Shown piece after piece: positions 26,716-38,619 of a stretch of 64,000 nt of DNA (position 1 is its first letter; the number at the start of each line of letters is the position of its first letter). A model generated the notes under the pieces. The model saw only the letters and a program-made list of their open reading frames with translations. It ran no database searches and was not told where the DNA came from. The stretch is from positions 684 to 64,683 of the forward strand of contig JBIOIQ010000002.1 of assembly GCA_044449985.1 (NCBI GenBank), written 5' to 3'. The stretch comes from Candidatus Saccharimonadia bacterium. Lineage in GTDB: Bacteria; Patescibacteriota; Saccharimonadia; UBA4664; JBIOIQ01. The position numbers and the translations under genes were made by a program.

Positions 26716-27333
26716 TTACCTTGAGTAAAATTCTATTATTAATTGCTCTTCAATGTCCGCATCAATATCCTCTCGGGCAGGCAGCCCAGTGACCTTTGCG
26801 GTCATTTTGGTAGCGTTAAAGCTTAACCAACGGATATTGCTTTGGTTTGATTTCAAAATTTCGGCCAAGTTCTGAAAGTAGCTGTTTTTGGCGCTTTTTG
26901 GACGAACAGAAATTTCGTCTCCTGGTTTTAACATGATTGAAGGAATATCAACACGCTTACCATTGAGCATCAAATGACCATGTGTTACCAGTTGACGGGC
27001 GGATTGACGCGAAGTAGCCATTCCTAAGCGATAAATAGCGTTATCAAGGCGAAGCTCAAGTATCTGTAACATATTTTCACCAGTAACACCGCTGCGGCGA
27101 TCGGCTTGAGCAACGACTCGGGCAAATTGTTTTTCAAGTAAACCGTACATTCGTTTTACTTTCTGCTTTTCTCGCAGCTGCACCGCGTACTGACTTAATT
27201 TGTTACGACCACCGGTTTGGCCATGTTCTCCAGGACCATAAGGGTGACGAACCATTCCTTTAACAGCCTTGGGATGTAGTGCCACTTTCTCTCGCCGTGA
27301 GCGCTTTACAATAGGTGTTAGATCGCGTGCCAT
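26716..27333 (-). CDS. rpsD: 30S ribosomal protein S4
   Basis: 205 aa from [16 protein letters not shown]. The ATG shares one nt with the rpsK stop (TAATG). The track ORF extends 10 codons further upstream. Confidence 0.94.
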   Translation of the reverse strand: MARDLTPIVKRSRREKVALHPKAVKGMVRHPYGPGEHGQTGGRNKLSQYAVQLREKQKVKRMYGLLEKQFARVVAQADRRSGVTGENMLQILELRLDNAIYRLGMATSRQSARQLVTHGHLMLNGKRVDIPSIMLKPGDEISVRPKSAKNSYFQNLAEILKSNQSNIRWLSFNATKMTAKVTGLPAREDIDADIEEQLIIEFYSR

Positions 27334-27728
27334 TAGACTCTCCTGGCCTTTCGTGGTCTGCAACCATTGTGTGGAATACCGGTGACGTCTTTTATGCTCC
27401 CGACTGCAATGCCGGCGGTTTGGAGTGCCCGAACTGCAGATTCTCGTCCGCTGCCTACCCCAGTAACTAAAACATCGACTTTGGCGAGTCCAAACTCTTT
27501 GGCTGTAGCAGCGGCTTTTTCCGCCGCGATTTGAGCAGCATATGGAGTGCTCTTTCGAGAGCCCTTAAAGCCGGACGATCCGGCACTGGCCCAGCTTATT
27601 ACACCACCTTGCATGTCGGTAATTGAAATAATCGTATTATTAAAAGTAGACTGAATATGAACTTGACCCGCGGCAACACTGCGCTTGATCTTTTTACGTC
27701 TGGTAGTTTTTACAGGAGGTTTAGCCAT
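27333..27728 (-). CDS. rpsK: 30S ribosomal protein S11
   Basis: 131 aa with [18 protein letters not shown]. Confidence 0.96.
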   Translation of the reverse strand: MAKPPVKTTRRKKIKRSVAAGQVHIQSTFNNTIISITDMQGGVISWASAGSSGFKGSRKSTPYAAQIAAEKAAATAKEFGLAKVDVLVTGVGSGRESAVRALQTAGIAVGSIKDVTGIPHNGCRPRKARRV

Positions 27729-27740
27729 TGTTCATTTACC

Positions 27741-28127
27741 TTAAGTCTTTGCTGTAGCTTTCTTGCGACCACTGCCCATGGTAATCTTTTTACCTCTTTT
27801 GGTACGCGCATTGGTTTTAGTCCGCTGGCCATGAGCAGGTAGATTATTTTTATGGCGCAAGCCGCGGTACGCATTTATATCTTTCAGTCGCTTAATATTT
27901 AAGCTGACAAAACGATTTAGATCGCCTTCAACCTGAAAGTTTTTATCTATAAATTCACGGATCTTTGTGACTTCGGCTTCGGTTAAGTCCTTAACTCGAG
28001 TATCAGGACTGACACCGGTTGCACTCAGAATCTTTTGGCTGGAAGTTAATCCGATGCCGTAGATGTAGGTTAGAGCAACTTCTATGCGTTTTTCAACGGG
28101 AATATTAACGCCTGAAATACGTGCCAT
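27741..28127 (-). CDS. rpsM: 30S ribosomal protein S13
   Basis: 128 aa with [26 protein letters not shown]. Confidence 0.96.
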   Translation of the reverse strand: MARISGVNIPVEKRIEVALTYIYGIGLTSSQKILSATGVSPDTRVKDLTEAEVTKIREFIDKNFQVEGDLNRFVSLNIKRLKDINAYRGLRHKNNLPAHGQRTKTNARTKRGKKITMGSGRKKATAKT

Positions 28128-28240
28128 TAGCCCTGTCTCTGCTTATGTCTTGGGTTCTCACAAATAACACGAACCACGCCTTCACGGCGGATAACCTTAC
28201 ATTTTTCACATCGGGGTTTTGTTCCAGAATGTACTTTCAT
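28127..28240 (-). CDS. rpmJ: 50S ribosomal protein L36
   Basis: Not in the ORF track (37 aa). My translation is [37 protein letters not shown]. There is a TAATG overlap with rpsM. Confidence 0.9.
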   Translation of the reverse strand: MKVHSGTKPRCEKCKVIRREGVVRVICENPRHKQRQG

Positions 28241-28251
28241 GAGTTTTTCCG

Positions 28252-28491
28252 TTATTTTGAGGAGTTATCGACCCTATGGCGGTACGTTATGCGAGCTTTG
28301 GAGAGATCATATGGGGTCATCTCTAAGGACACACGATCGCCTGGCAAAATTTTGATATAATGCATCCTCATTTTGCCGGAAATGTGCGCTAAAACAACAT
28401 GGCCGTTCTCAAGCTCTACCCGAAACATTGCGTTCGGAAGAGTTTCCAGGACGGTCCCATCGACCTCAATTACTTCCTTTGTATCTGACAT
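28252..28491 (-). CDS. infA: translation initiation factor IF-1
   Basis: 79 aa with [36 protein letters not shown]. Confidence 0.96.
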   Translation of the reverse strand: MSDTKEVIEVDGTVLETLPNAMFRVELENGHVVLAHISGKMRMHYIKILPGDRVSLEMTPYDLSKARITYRHRVDNSSK

Positions 28492-28512
28492 AACGTTTAG
28501 CTACAGTCGTTA

Positions 28513-28541
28513 ATTATAGAGATTCTTTGCACACTTGTAAA
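28513..28541 (-). promoter_or_regulatory. putative strong promoter for infA-rpmJ-rpsM... (TTTACA-N17-TATAAT)
   Basis: The minus strand reads AAAACTCTTTACAAGTgtgcaaagaatctcTATAAT. The 16-mer around the -35 element recurs upstream of tuf. Confidence 0.5.
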
Positions 28542-28679
28542 GAGTTTTATCAGATTGGCAAAGTTTAAATCGCTTTTCTTTGTCACCTAATGTTCACTTT
28601 TTTATAGCTCTGGCTCAACGTGTAGGGTAATGCCAAGAGAATTTACTCATCGAAAGCTATGTATCGGCGCATCAATCTT

Positions 28680-29992
<1,313 letters not shown>

Positions 29993-29993
<1 letters not shown>

Positions 29994-30469
29994 TAGGCGC
30001 GTTCTTTCTTAACTGGTTTGGGAATTTTATATTCGATTAGCTTAACAGTGCCGCCAGCCTTGATTATAGCTTTTTCAGCAGAAGTACTGAGAGCGTTTGT
30101 CTCAATACTCAGTTTTTTCGTTAAGCTGCCAAACCCAAGAATTTTGACCGGTGAATTGTTTGACTTTACAAACCCGGCATCAATGAGCGCCGAAATATCA
30201 ACTTTCGAGCCAGTCTTTAGACTTTCTAAACGACTAATATTAACTACCTGGTAAGCAATGTGGTTAAGAGCTACAAAACCACGCTTTTTGGGTAACCGTT
30301 TTGCAAGAGGATTTTGACCACCTTCAAAGCCGGGTCGCACTCCGCCGCCAGTTCGGGCATTTTGACCCTTCGTTCCTCGTCCGGCAGTCTTGCCGTAGCC
30401 TGAACCAATACCGCGTCCGACTCGCTTCTTGTCTTTAGATGATAGCAATGTTAATTGGTGTATCTTCAT
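29993..30469 (-). CDS. rplO: 50S ribosomal protein L15
   Basis: 158 aa with KRVGRGIGSGYGKTAGRGTKGQ. Confidence 0.95.
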
Positions 30470-30472
30470 ATT

Positions 30473-30967
30473 CTATTCCTTAGTGGCTTTGCTCACCGCG
30501 GTTTTTGCTGGTTTTTCCGGAATTGCTCGAAGTTGAGTTAATGCCAATATCGTAGCATACGCATTATTTACTTTATTACTTGATCCAAGTGACTTACTAA
30601 GCAAATCTCTGATACCGACTGCCTCAACAACATTTCGTACCGCCCCGCCTGCAATTACTCCCGTTCCTTCAGATGCGGGTCTCAGCATGACTTGGGCACC
30701 GGCAAAACGAACTGTAACCTCATGTGGAATTGTTTGGCCTTTAAGTGGTACCGTAATCATGTTCTTTTTCGCTTTAGCAACAGCTTTTGCGATTGAAGTC
30801 ATTACTTCGCCACCTTTTCCAACCCCGACTCCAACTCGACCCTTGCCGTCCCCAACTACAACGGTCGCACGAAAGCGAAAGCGTCGTCCACCTTTCACGA
30901 CTCGACTGACACGATCTATTGCAATAACGTGTTCTTCAAATTCTTTAGCAATTTCTGTGATAGCCAT
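30473..30967 (-). CDS. rpsE: 30S ribosomal protein S5
   Basis: 164 aa with RVSRVVKGGRRFRFRATVVVGD. It is followed directly by rplO, with no L30 gene between them. Confidence 0.96.
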   Translation of the reverse strand: MAITEIAKEFEEHVIAIDRVSRVVKGGRRFRFRATVVVGDGKGRVGVGVGKGGEVMTSIAKAVAKAKKNMITVPLKGQTIPHEVTVRFAGAQVMLRPASEGTGVIAGGAVRNVVEAVGIRDLLSKSLGSSNKVNNAYATILALTQLRAIPEKPAKTAVSKATKE

Positions 30968-31312
30968 CTAAAACTCCAATCCTTCTGCTCGGGCAGCTTC
31001 TGCTAAAGCGTGAATTCGACCGTGATAAATTCGTCCGGCTCGGTCAAATACGACATATTTAATTTTGTGCTTCTTAGCTTCAGTAGCAATTAATTTTCCA
31101 ACTTCTTTGGATACTTCGGTCATGTTGCCTTTTAAACTAGACTTGACACTTGTTACATAGCCAAGAGTTACTCCCTTAGTATCATCAATGAGTTGGGCGG
31201 TGATGTGCTTGTTTGTGACGTGTACACTAAGTCTTGGGCGTTCTTTTGTCCCACTAATGCGACTTCGAACCCTGGCTCGTCTACGATCTTTTGCTGTGAT
31301 TTCTTGTATCAT
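30968..31312 (-). CDS. rplR: 50S ribosomal protein L18
   Basis: 114 aa from MIQEITAKDRRRARVRSRISGT. The longer track ORF would overlap rplF. Confidence 0.93.
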   Translation of the reverse strand: MIQEITAKDRRRARVRSRISGTKERPRLSVHVTNKHITAQLIDDTKGVTLGYVTSVKSSLKGNMTEVSKEVGKLIATEAKKHKIKYVVFDRAGRIYHGRIHALAEAARAEGLEF

Positions 31313-31316
31313 TGTT

Positions 31317-31856
31317 CTAACCTTTAGTAGCGGTTTTACCTGCTTTGCGGCGAATCCGTTCTTCAATATATTTAATACCTTTGCCCTTGTATGGCTCTGG
31401 TTTTTTTAGGGCACGAATATTTGCGGCAACCTGTCCAACCAATTGTTTATCAAATCCTGAAATTGTTAAGACATTTTTCTCAACTTTGCCGTCAATTCCG
31501 TCTGGCAGTGGGAAAACTATTGGGTGAGAAAAACCAAGATTTAGAGTAATAGCTTTTCCGTTAACTGCTGCTCGGAAACCAACGCCGTTAATTTCAAGTT
31601 GACGTTCATATCCTTTTGAAACCCCATCAACCATATTGGCGATTAGCGTCCGCATTAGTCCAAACGAGGATTGAGTAACTGGAGACTCAATTTCTTTTGT
31701 CAGCTCAACACTGCCGTCGTTAATTTTAAGTGCGAGATTTGGAAGCAAAGTTTCTTGCAATGATCCTTTTGGACCGGTGACATTAATGCTGCGGTTCTCT
31801 TCAAGGATTGTCACTCCAGATGGTAAATTAATTGGCTTTCGCCCGATTCTACTCAT
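31317..31856 (-). CDS. rplF: 50S ribosomal protein L6
   Basis: 179 aa with MSRIGRKPINLPSGVT. Confidence 0.96.
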   Translation of the reverse strand: MSRIGRKPINLPSGVTILEENRSINVTGPKGSLQETLLPNLALKINDGSVELTKEIESPVTQSSFGLMRTLIANMVDGVSKGYERQLEINGVGFRAAVNGKAITLNLGFSHPIVFPLPDGIDGKVEKNVLTISGFDKQLVGQVAANIRALKKPEPYKGKGIKYIEERIRRKAGKTATKG

Positions 31857-31860
31857 TGCC

Positions 31861-32244
31861 TTACCATACCTTACAGATTAGTTCGCCACCGAGACCTTTT
31901 TTGCGAGCTTCTTTGCCTGTCATGAGGCCACTCGAGGTCGAAACGATAACAATGCCGCGACCTTCAAGTACCAGTGGAATCTTATGTGCAGCAGTATAGA
32001 CTCTTCGGCCGGGTTTCGATATTCGCGAAAGGTTGGTCAAATTACCAGATGCACTACCGAGCTCAACCTCGATAGTCTTAAACCCTTCATTATTGATCTT
32101 GTAATCTGTGACGAAATTATTCTTTTTTAAAATTTCGGCAATGTTTTCCTTAATTTTGGAATAGGGAATCCGAGCAACTTCTTGTCGAGCAGAAGCGGCG
32201 TTGCGAATTCGGGTTAACATGTCGGCTATTGGGTCTGTATTCAT
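31861..32244 (-). CDS. rpsH: 30S ribosomal protein S8
   Basis: 127 aa with DPIADMLTRIRNA. Confidence 0.96.
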   Translation of the reverse strand: MNTDPIADMLTRIRNAASARQEVARIPYSKIKENIAEILKKNNFVTDYKINNEGFKTIEVELGSASGNLTNLSRISKPGRRVYTAAHKIPLVLEGRGIVIVSTSSGLMTGKEARKKGLGGELICKVW

Positions 32245-32257
32245 GTCCTACTCCTTT

Positions 32258-32443
32258 CTACCAACTTGACTTTACTACACCGGGCACTTGTCCACGGCTG
32301 GCATATTCTCTAAAACAAATTCGACAGAGACCAAATTTACGGATATATCCTCTCGGACGACCACAGACTTGGCATCGGTTTACATGTCGAGTCGAAAACT
32401 TAGGTTTTCGCTGGGCTTTGACAATCATCGCTACTCTAGCCAT
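32258..32443 (-). CDS. rpsZ: 30S ribosomal protein S14 type Z (zinc-binding)
   Basis: 61 aa with [20 protein letters not shown]. Confidence 0.95.
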   Translation of the reverse strand: MARVAMIVKAQRKPKFSTRHVNRCQVCGRPRGYIRKFGLCRICFREYASRGQVPGVVKSSW

Positions 32444-32988
32444 TATGCGTTCCTCCTAAAGGGAAATCCCATTAATTCTAATAATCTTTGGCCTTCTTCC
32501 TTCGATTTTGCAGTAGTTACTATATTTACTTGAAGGCCATGGATTACCGCTGCTTCCTCATAGGGAATTTCCGGAAATATAGTTTGCTCGACAATTCCTA
32601 AACTATAATTTCCGTCTTTATCAAAAGCACCGGCCGATATTCCTCGAAAATCTCTGATCCTTGGAAGCGTGATAGCGATCAGACGATCCAAGAACTCGTA
32701 CATGCGTTCCCCGCGAAGTGTTACCATTGCGCCAATTTTGTTGCCTTCGCGCAACTTAAATGCCGCAATACTTTTTTTCGCAACGGTCTGCACCGGCTGT
32801 TGTCCCGTAACTTTTCTCAGTGTTGCAGTGGCGATATCAAGAAACTTACTATCACCAGCAGCCCGACCAACTCCGGCATTCACCACGAGTTTAGATACTC
32901 GCGGCACTTGATGAATATTGGTATAACCAAATTCTTTGGTCAGCGCTGGTACTATCTCTTTGTTGTAACGATCTTTTAATCTACTCAT
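32443..32988 (-). CDS. rplE: 50S ribosomal protein L5
   Basis: 181 aa with [15 protein letters not shown]. Confidence 0.96.
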   Translation of the reverse strand: MSRLKDRYNKEIVPALTKEFGYTNIHQVPRVSKLVVNAGVGRAAGDSKFLDIATATLRKVTGQQPVQTVAKKSIAAFKLREGNKIGAMVTLRGERMYEFLDRLIAITLPRIRDFRGISAGAFDKDGNYSLGIVEQTIFPEIPYEEAAVIHGLQVNIVTTAKSKEEGQRLLELMGFPFRRNA

Positions 32989-32989
32989 C

Positions 32990-33298
32990 TTATTTCACCA
33001 CAACCTGACATTTTCGACAGATTCGTTCCTTATTATCGTTCTTTATCGTGTAGCCAATGCGAGTTGGCTTTTTGCAATTTGGACAAACCAGTGCAACTTT
33101 AGCTGATGATATTGGCCTTGCGACTTCAAGAATTCCTCCTCGTGGATTCTTATTAGAAGGTTTGGTGTGTCGCTTAACGATACCTAAGCCCTCCACAATA
33201 ATGCTGTTCGTGGTTGGGATAACTCGCGTAATTTCGCCAGTTTTGCCCTTATCACGACCTGCCATCATCATGACCGTATCTTTGCGCTTGAGTTTCAT
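32990..33298 (-). CDS. rplX: 50S ribosomal protein L24 (with a C-terminal CxxC...CxxC)
   Basis: 102 aa with a KOW motif ([13 protein letters not shown]) and CPNCKK...CRKC. Confidence 0.94.
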   Translation of the reverse strand: MKLKRKDTVMMMAGRDKGKTGEITRVIPTTNSIIVEGLGIVKRHTKPSNKNPRGGILEVARPISSAKVALVCPNCKKPTRIGYTIKNDNKERICRKCQVVVK

Positions 33299-33663
33299 AG
33301 CACCTCCGGAGCGAGCGAAACAATCTTCATATAACCCGTATCTCTAAGTTCTCGTGCAATAGGTCCAAAAATGCGAGTACCCCTAGGTTGACCATTCTTA
33401 TCTATAAGCACCGCAGCATTCTCATCAAAACGAATACTGGAGCCATCTTTTCTACGTGTAATATCTGTAGTTCGAACAATCACACAGCGAACGACTTCCT
33501 TTTTCTTCACGTTTGCACCAGGAAGAGCTTGTTTAACACTTGCGATAATTATGTCTCCTACGCCGGCATATCGTCGGCGAGAACCACCGAGTACTTTAAT
33601 ACAAAGCAGATCTTTTGCTCCTGAATTGTCGGCAACTTTTAATCTAGTTTCTGACTGTACCAT
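33295..33663 (-). CDS. rplN: 50S ribosomal protein L14
   Basis: 122 aa with [17 protein letters not shown]. Confidence 0.96.
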   Translation of the reverse strand: MVQSETRLKVADNSGAKDLLCIKVLGGSRRRYAGVGDIIIASVKQALPGANVKKKEVVRCVIVRTTDITRRKDGSSIRFDENAAVLIDKNGQPRGTRIFGPIARELRDTGYMKIVSLAPEVL

Positions 33664-33665
33664 GA

Positions 33666-33917
33666 TTATGCCTCAACCTCAGTAACAGAAATGCGGCGAA
33701 TTACCTTCCAGCGTTTGGTCTTGCTTAAAGGTCGGGATTCGGTAATTTCTACCAAATCACCGATCTTATACTCATTGGTTGCGTCATGCGCATTAAATTT
33801 CTGCGTAACTTTATATTTCTTACGATAAATTGGATGTTCTTTGACCGTCGCAACAGCAACCACCACGGTCTTGTCCATAAGATCCGATACTACTGTGCCG
33901 TGTAATGTTTTAGCCAT
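33666..33917 (-). CDS. rpsQ: 30S ribosomal protein S17
   Basis: 83 aa from [17 protein letters not shown], preceded by AAGGAG. The track ORF is 15 codons longer. Confidence 0.93.
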   Translation of the reverse strand: MAKTLHGTVVSDLMDKTVVVAVATVKEHPIYRKKYKVTQKFNAHDATNEYKIGDLVEITESRPLSKTKRWKVIRRISVTEVEA

Positions 33918-34155
33918 TGTTTTCTCCTTGTACTGGCGACTCTTGATCTTTGACTGCTTCACTGGCAGTGATTTCTCGCTGTCGCAGCACAGTCATAGCT
34001 TTAGCGATATTCTTCTTATGAACCTGAATTTCTTTCACATTAGAAACTTTCTTAGTTCGCATATCGACTCGAAGGGTTGCTAGAGCTTGGTGCTCTGAAA
34101 CTAAAAATTGTTCAAGCTCCGCATCCTTTTTCTCAATTATTTGACCAAATTTCAT
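33910..34155 (-). CDS. rpmC: 50S ribosomal protein L29 (C-terminal extension)
   Basis: 81 aa in the position between rplP and rpsQ, with an L29-like helical pattern. Confidence 0.88.
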   Translation of the reverse strand: MKFGQIIEKKDAELEQFLVSEHQALATLRVDMRTKKVSNVKEIQVHKKNIAKAMTVLRQREITASEAVKDQESPVQGENNG

Positions 34156-34580
34156 GATTCAATCTCCCCAGCAACGTGTCTGACAACAAATTTGGTAGCT
34201 ACCGGTAGTTTCATAGCGGCAAGACGCATCGCTTCTCTGGCAATATCTTCGGTGATGCCGTCCATTTCAAACAGGATCATACCTGGACGAACCTTAGCTG
34301 CATAATGATCGATTGAGCCTTTACCGCTGCCCATTCGAACTTCAGCAGGTTTTTTCGTGATAGGGGTATCGGGGAAGATTCGAATCCAAATTTTACCACC
34401 TCTTTTTACGTATCTAGTCATAGCTCGTCTGGCTGCTTCAATTTGCCTTGAAGTAATGCGATCAGTACCATCGGCTTTTAGACCATAGCGCCCAAAACTA
34501 ACTTCAATTCCACGAGTAGCCACACCTGTAATACGGCCCTTTTGTTGCTTGCGATATTTAGTTTTCTTAGGTAGTAACAT
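34152..34580 (-). CDS. rplP: 50S ribosomal protein L16
   Basis: 142 aa with [16 protein letters not shown]. Confidence 0.96.
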   Translation of the reverse strand: MLLPKKTKYRKQQKGRITGVATRGIEVSFGRYGLKADGTDRITSRQIEAARRAMTRYVKRGGKIWIRIFPDTPITKKPAEVRMGSGKGSIDHYAAKVRPGMILFEMDGITEDIAREAMRLAAMKLPVATKFVVRHVAGEIES

Positions 34581-34589
34581 AATAATTTC

Positions 34590-35216
34590 CTAAAACTTCT
34601 CACCTTTATATATCCAGACTTTCACCCCGATTACACCATAGGTCGTCTTTGCAATTGTGTAAGCATAATCAATGTCGGCTCGGATCGTATGGAGTGGAAT
34701 GCTTCCTTGGGCAACAGTTTCTCGGCGAGCCATCTCGGCTCCGTTAAGACGTCCGGCGACCATAACTTTTGCTCCTTGAGCTCCGGCTTTCATGGCATTT
34801 TCAGCCGCCATCTTCATAGCACGACGAAATCCAATCCGGCGTTCAAGTTGACTGGCGATGTTTTCAGCAACGAGTGCAGCGTTAGTTTCGGGTTTTTTGA
34901 CTTCCTCGATACTAACCTTAACCGGACCTTTGACAATAGTTGACAATATGTTTTTAAGATCTTCCGTGCCACTTCCTCCGCGTCCAATCACTACACCAGG
35001 TTTTGAAGTATGAATTGTGACCGACAATAGATTAGGGGAACGCTCAATTACAACCTTTGCTAGGCCTGCACGCTTGCCTAGTTTCTTTTCAATGGCGCGT
35101 CTTAGCGAAAGATCACTAATAAGTTGAGAAGCGTAATCTTTGGTCGCAAACCAGCGTGATTGCCAGTCCTTATCAACCTGTAACCTCAAACTTCGAGGAT
35201 TTACTTTTTGTCCCAT
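34590..35216 (-). CDS. rpsC: 30S ribosomal protein S3
   Basis: 208 aa with MGQKVNPRSLRL and a KH domain. Confidence 0.96.
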   Translation of the reverse strand: MGQKVNPRSLRLQVDKDWQSRWFATKDYASQLISDLSLRRAIEKKLGKRAGLAKVVIERSPNLLSVTIHTSKPGVVIGRGGSGTEDLKNILSTIVKGPVKVSIEEVKKPETNAALVAENIASQLERRIGFRRAMKMAAENAMKAGAQGAKVMVAGRLNGAEMARRETVAQGSIPLHTIRADIDYAYTIAKTTYGVIGVKVWIYKGEKF

Positions 35217-35674
35217 TATTTCTTCTCCGATTTGTCGGCTTTTACTGCTTCAGCAACAGTCTTCTTGCTAGTTTTAGCTTCAAGTTGCTTCGTCTGATCG
35301 GGTTTAACAACAACTGGCGCCGTCTTTTGGGTTAATTCGGGCTGATGATCACGCAACACGACAGTAATATGACTTGCTCGCTTTTTAATGCTTGCGGATG
35401 AACCTTTTGCTCGTGGTCGCCATCGTTTGAGCATCGGCGCAGGACCCACGATGACCGATTCGATCACTAGATCTGATTTTTTGGCGTTATAGTTATTTTG
35501 CGCATTTGCGACGGCTGAAGTCAGGACTTTTCCGACCGGATCGGTCGCACGTTTTAAGGTGTGCGCAAGGATAATTTCGGCTTCACCAACCTTTTGACCT
35601 CTAATAAGCGCAGCAATCAAGTTGATTTTGCGTGGTGATGTACCGACATATTTTGCGGTTGCACTTGTCTTCAT
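35216..35674 (-). CDS. rplV: 50S ribosomal protein L22 (Lys-rich C-terminal extension)
   Basis: 152 aa with SPRKINLIAALIRGQKV. Confidence 0.95.
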   Translation of the reverse strand: MKTSATAKYVGTSPRKINLIAALIRGQKVGEAEIILAHTLKRATDPVGKVLTSAVANAQNNYNAKKSDLVIESVIVGPAPMLKRWRPRAKGSSASIKKRASHITVVLRDHQPELTQKTAPVVVKPDQTKQLEAKTSKKTVAEAVKADKSEKK

Positions 35675-35705
35675 CGTACAAATCCAGTATTAATCATGCT
35701 CGTTA

Positions 35706-35984
35706 TCATTTGCTCTGTTCCTTTGCGAGCTTACCGCCATGTCCTCGGAATCTTCGCGTAGGTGAAAATTCACCAAGTTTATGCCCCACCATATTTTCAG
35801 TTACAAACACCGGAACATGGAGTTTTCCATTATGGACCCCGAAAGTGTGTCCGACGAATTCAGGTGGTATAGTGCAATCTCTCGTCCAGGTTTTTAACAC
35901 AGTTTTATCATTTGGACCGAGTGAATTTACTCGAGCCATAAGACGTTCATCGACAAAAGGTCCTTTTTTCAGCGAGCGACTCAT
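35706..35984 (-). CDS. rpsS: 30S ribosomal protein S19
   Basis: 92 aa with [12 protein letters not shown]...[11 protein letters not shown]. Confidence 0.96.
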   Translation of the reverse strand: MSRSLKKGPFVDERLMARVNSLGPNDKTVLKTWTRDCTIPPEFVGHTFGVHNGKLHVPVFVTENMVGHKLGEFSPTRRFRGHGGKLAKEQSK

Positions 35985-36818
35985 TTAACGTCTCCTTCCT
36001 TCATTTCGACCACGGACAATCATCTGATCGGTTGATTTACGATTACGGGTTTTATAACCTAATGCAGGTTTGCCCCAAGGTGTTTTTGGATTCATACCAA
36101 GTGATGTATGACCTTCTCCGCCACCGTGAGGATGATCAACTGGGTTCATAGATTTCCCGAGTACGCTCGGTCGCCAGCCAAGCCGTCTTTTACGCCCAGC
36201 ACTGCCGTATTTGATGTTTTGGTGGGCTTCATTTCCGACGCTACCGATATTGGCAGAACAATCCTCATGAATTAAGCGTACTTCACCGCTAGGAAGTTTA
36301 ACTTGGCAAAAGTTATTTTCCTTGGCCACAAGTTGGGCTTTTGATCCGGCGCTACGAGCCAGACTGCCGCCCTTACCTAGAACTAACTCAATATTATAAA
36401 TTTGGGTCCCTACTGGAATTGCTTTTAAGGGCAGACGATTTCCGCGTCGAATCTCAACACCAGAACCGCTAGCAATTTTATCTCCAACTTTCATGCCGAA
36501 ACTCGCAAGTACGTATGCCTTAGTCTGATCACTGAGTTCAACTAGGGCGATATTTGCGCTTCGATTTGGATCATATTCAATTGCTTTAACGACTGCGTTC
36601 TTTCCAGACACAAAAGAAAAATCTACCAATCGATAAAACTGTTTGACCCCACCCCCTCGATGTCGAACGGTAATTTTTCCTTGATTGTTACGACCGGATT
36701 GAATTTTTGCCGCCACCAAAAGCGATTTTTCGGGGTGTTTTTTGGTAATTGCGGAGCTGTCCGAGCTTGTCATTCCTCTCCTAGCAGGAGTCGTTGGTTT
36801 GTAGAGTTTAAGTGCCAT
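35985..36818 (-). CDS. rplB: 50S ribosomal protein L2
   Basis: 277 aa with the motifs GRNNQGKITVRHRGGG and MNPVDHPHGGGEG. Confidence 0.97.
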   Translation of the reverse strand: MALKLYKPTTPARRGMTSSDSSAITKKHPEKSLLVAAKIQSGRNNQGKITVRHRGGGVKQFYRLVDFSFVSGKNAVVKAIEYDPNRSANIALVELSDQTKAYVLASFGMKVGDKIASGSGVEIRRGNRLPLKAIPVGTQIYNIELVLGKGGSLARSAGSKAQLVAKENNFCQVKLPSGEVRLIHEDCSANIGSVGNEAHQNIKYGSAGRKRRLGWRPSVLGKSMNPVDHPHGGGEGHTSLGMNPKTPWGKPALGYKTRNRKSTDQMIVRGRNEGRRR

Positions 36819-37099
36819 TATTTTGCTCCCTCGAACAGAGCAATGCTTTGACCTTTTTTCACCGTGACGATAGCTTTCTTGGTATCGCGCTCTTGTCCGA
36901 GGATCTTTTTAAACCGTTTTGACTTACCTTTATGGGTAATAGTATTTACGCTAGTCACCTCAACTTTAAACGCTTGTTCAATTGCTCGAGCAATCTCAAT
37001 TTTATTCGAGAGAATCGGAACCTCAAAAACGTAACTATTACGTTCGGCTAACATAATGGCCTTTTCACTTATTCTTGGGAGTATGACAAAGTTACTCAT
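36818..37099 (-). CDS. rplW: 50S ribosomal protein L23
   Basis: 93 aa, positioned between rplD and rplB with an L23-like pattern. Confidence 0.93.
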   Translation of the reverse strand: MSNFVILPRISEKAIMLAERNSYVFEVPILSNKIEIARAIEQAFKVEVTSVNTITHKGKSKRFKKILGQERDTKKAIVTVKKGQSIALFEGAK

Positions 37100-37767
37100 G
37101 ACTTGTCCTCGCTCATGGGCGCCGCTGCTTTGGAGATTGAAGTTTTATCAAGCCAATTTTTAATAATAACTAAGCAGGGTTCAGTAATTAAAATATGATC
37201 ATTGTTTAGTATGTCAAATACATTGAGATAAGCGGCAGAAACCGTCGTTAAACCAGCGATATTATTGGTACTCCGCAGGAGCTGCGCATCTTTTTTTGCA
37301 ACTACCAATAGTATTTGTCCTTCGATCTTTAACTTGGCAAAATATTGGACGGCGTCTTTGACTTTTCCGGTGCCCAAAAAGTCTTCAATAATTGTAATCT
37401 TGCTATCGCTTGCTTGCAGGCTCAACGCTTGGCGAATAGCGAGATGCTTCATCTTGCTCGACATACTGATTGAATAATTTTCATTACCTGAAGGTCCAAA
37501 TACCACTCCGCCGCCGCGCCAATTGGGCACTCGACTCGATCCTACTCGAGCTCTTCCGGTGCCTTTTTGTTTCCATGGTTTCTTTCCGCCGCCTCGAACG
37601 TCACCCCTGGTTAAGGTTGTAGCCGATACAGCTCGCCCGTTAGCTAGGTATGTTCTATAAGCCATATCAATTAAGTCATGATTTGGTTCGACCGCGAATA
37701 TAGCAGCATCAAGTTTAGGAGTAGTTTCCTTCTTTGTTCCGGTTTTGGAATAATACGCGATTGCCAT
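37096..37767 (-). CDS. rplD: 50S ribosomal protein L4
   Basis: 223 aa with GGGKKPWKQKGTGRARVGSSRVPNWRGGG. Confidence 0.96.
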   Translation of the reverse strand: MAIAYYSKTGTKKETTPKLDAAIFAVEPNHDLIDMAYRTYLANGRAVSATTLTRGDVRGGGKKPWKQKGTGRARVGSSRVPNWRGGGVVFGPSGNENYSISMSSKMKHLAIRQALSLQASDSKITIIEDFLGTGKVKDAVQYFAKLKIEGQILLVVAKKDAQLLRSTNNIAGLTTVSAAYLNVFDILNNDHILITEPCLVIIKNWLDKTSISKAAAPMSEDKS

Positions 37768-37768
37768 G

Positions 37769-38425
37769 TTAGAAACCCCGTACCGTTACAAAACCCTTGC
37801 GTGGACCAGGTACTGCTCCGCGGACCGCAATGATGTTGTTATCTTTATCAATGAGCTCGACATTTGAACTTCGAATGGTCACTTGATCACCGCCCATCTG
37901 ACCTGCCATATGCATTCCCTTAAAAACATGCTCTGGATATCCCGAACCGATTGAACCTGGAGCACGGTAATTGTGAGAGCCATGTGTCTTCGGGCCTCGG
38001 CTAAAGTTATGACGCTTAATGGTGCCGGCAAAACCTTTACCCTTACTGGTTCCCGTAATATGGATTTTATCTCCAACCGCAAAACTTGAGACGTCAATCG
38101 TGCCACCTATTTTTATTTCCAGATCGTTTAGCGCATTCTCGGCTTGGGCTTCGGTATTGTTCGTCGTTGAATCAATTTCATCGATTCGAAATTCTTTCAT
38201 AATTTCAGGATTTGCATTTGAAGCTTTTAAGTGTCCCATCTGAGGACGTTTCTGGTTCTTTGCCTTCCCGTAGCCTAACTGAACTGCCGAATAGCCATCT
38301 ATTTCTTGTGTTTTAACCTGGGTCACCACACAAGGACCGGCTTCGATTAGAGTGACACGCAAAACATTCCCTTCGTTATCGAAGATTTGTGTCATACCTA
38401 TTTTTCGACCAATTAGTGCTTTCAT
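37769..38425 (-). CDS. rplC: 50S ribosomal protein L3
   Basis: 218 aa from MKALIGRKIGMTQIF with an AAGGG SD. The track ORF starts 5 codons earlier at a TTG. Confidence 0.95.
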   Translation of the reverse strand: MKALIGRKIGMTQIFDNEGNVLRVTLIEAGPCVVTQVKTQEIDGYSAVQLGYGKAKNQKRPQMGHLKASNANPEIMKEFRIDEIDSTTNNTEAQAENALNDLEIKIGGTIDVSSFAVGDKIHITGTSKGKGFAGTIKRHNFSRGPKTHGSHNYRAPGSIGSGYPEHVFKGMHMAGQMGGDQVTIRSSNVELIDKDNNIIAVRGAVPGPRKGFVTVRGF

Positions 38426-38550
38426 TTGACCCTTTAACAAAAAACATTTCTAGCAAATGGGTGGTATCCCTGGTGGACCAGCCCACTTCCCAGACTTTAT
38501 CGCTAAAATACTTTCGAGAAAATGAATCTATTTCTCGGACTTACCAAACG

Positions 38551-38580
38551 ATTCTAGCAAACCTAAGCCACTTCTGTCAA
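38551..38580 (-). promoter_or_regulatory. putative promoter for the rplC... operon (TTGACA-N18-TAGAAT)
   Basis: The minus strand reads TTGACAgaagtggcttaggtttgcTAGAAT, followed by a ~125-nt leader containing the CTGGT/ACCAG and GUGGG/CCCAU helices. Confidence 0.5.
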
Positions 38581-38619
38581 TGAGGAAGCGATGATGAAGA
38601 ATATACCAAAACGCTAATG

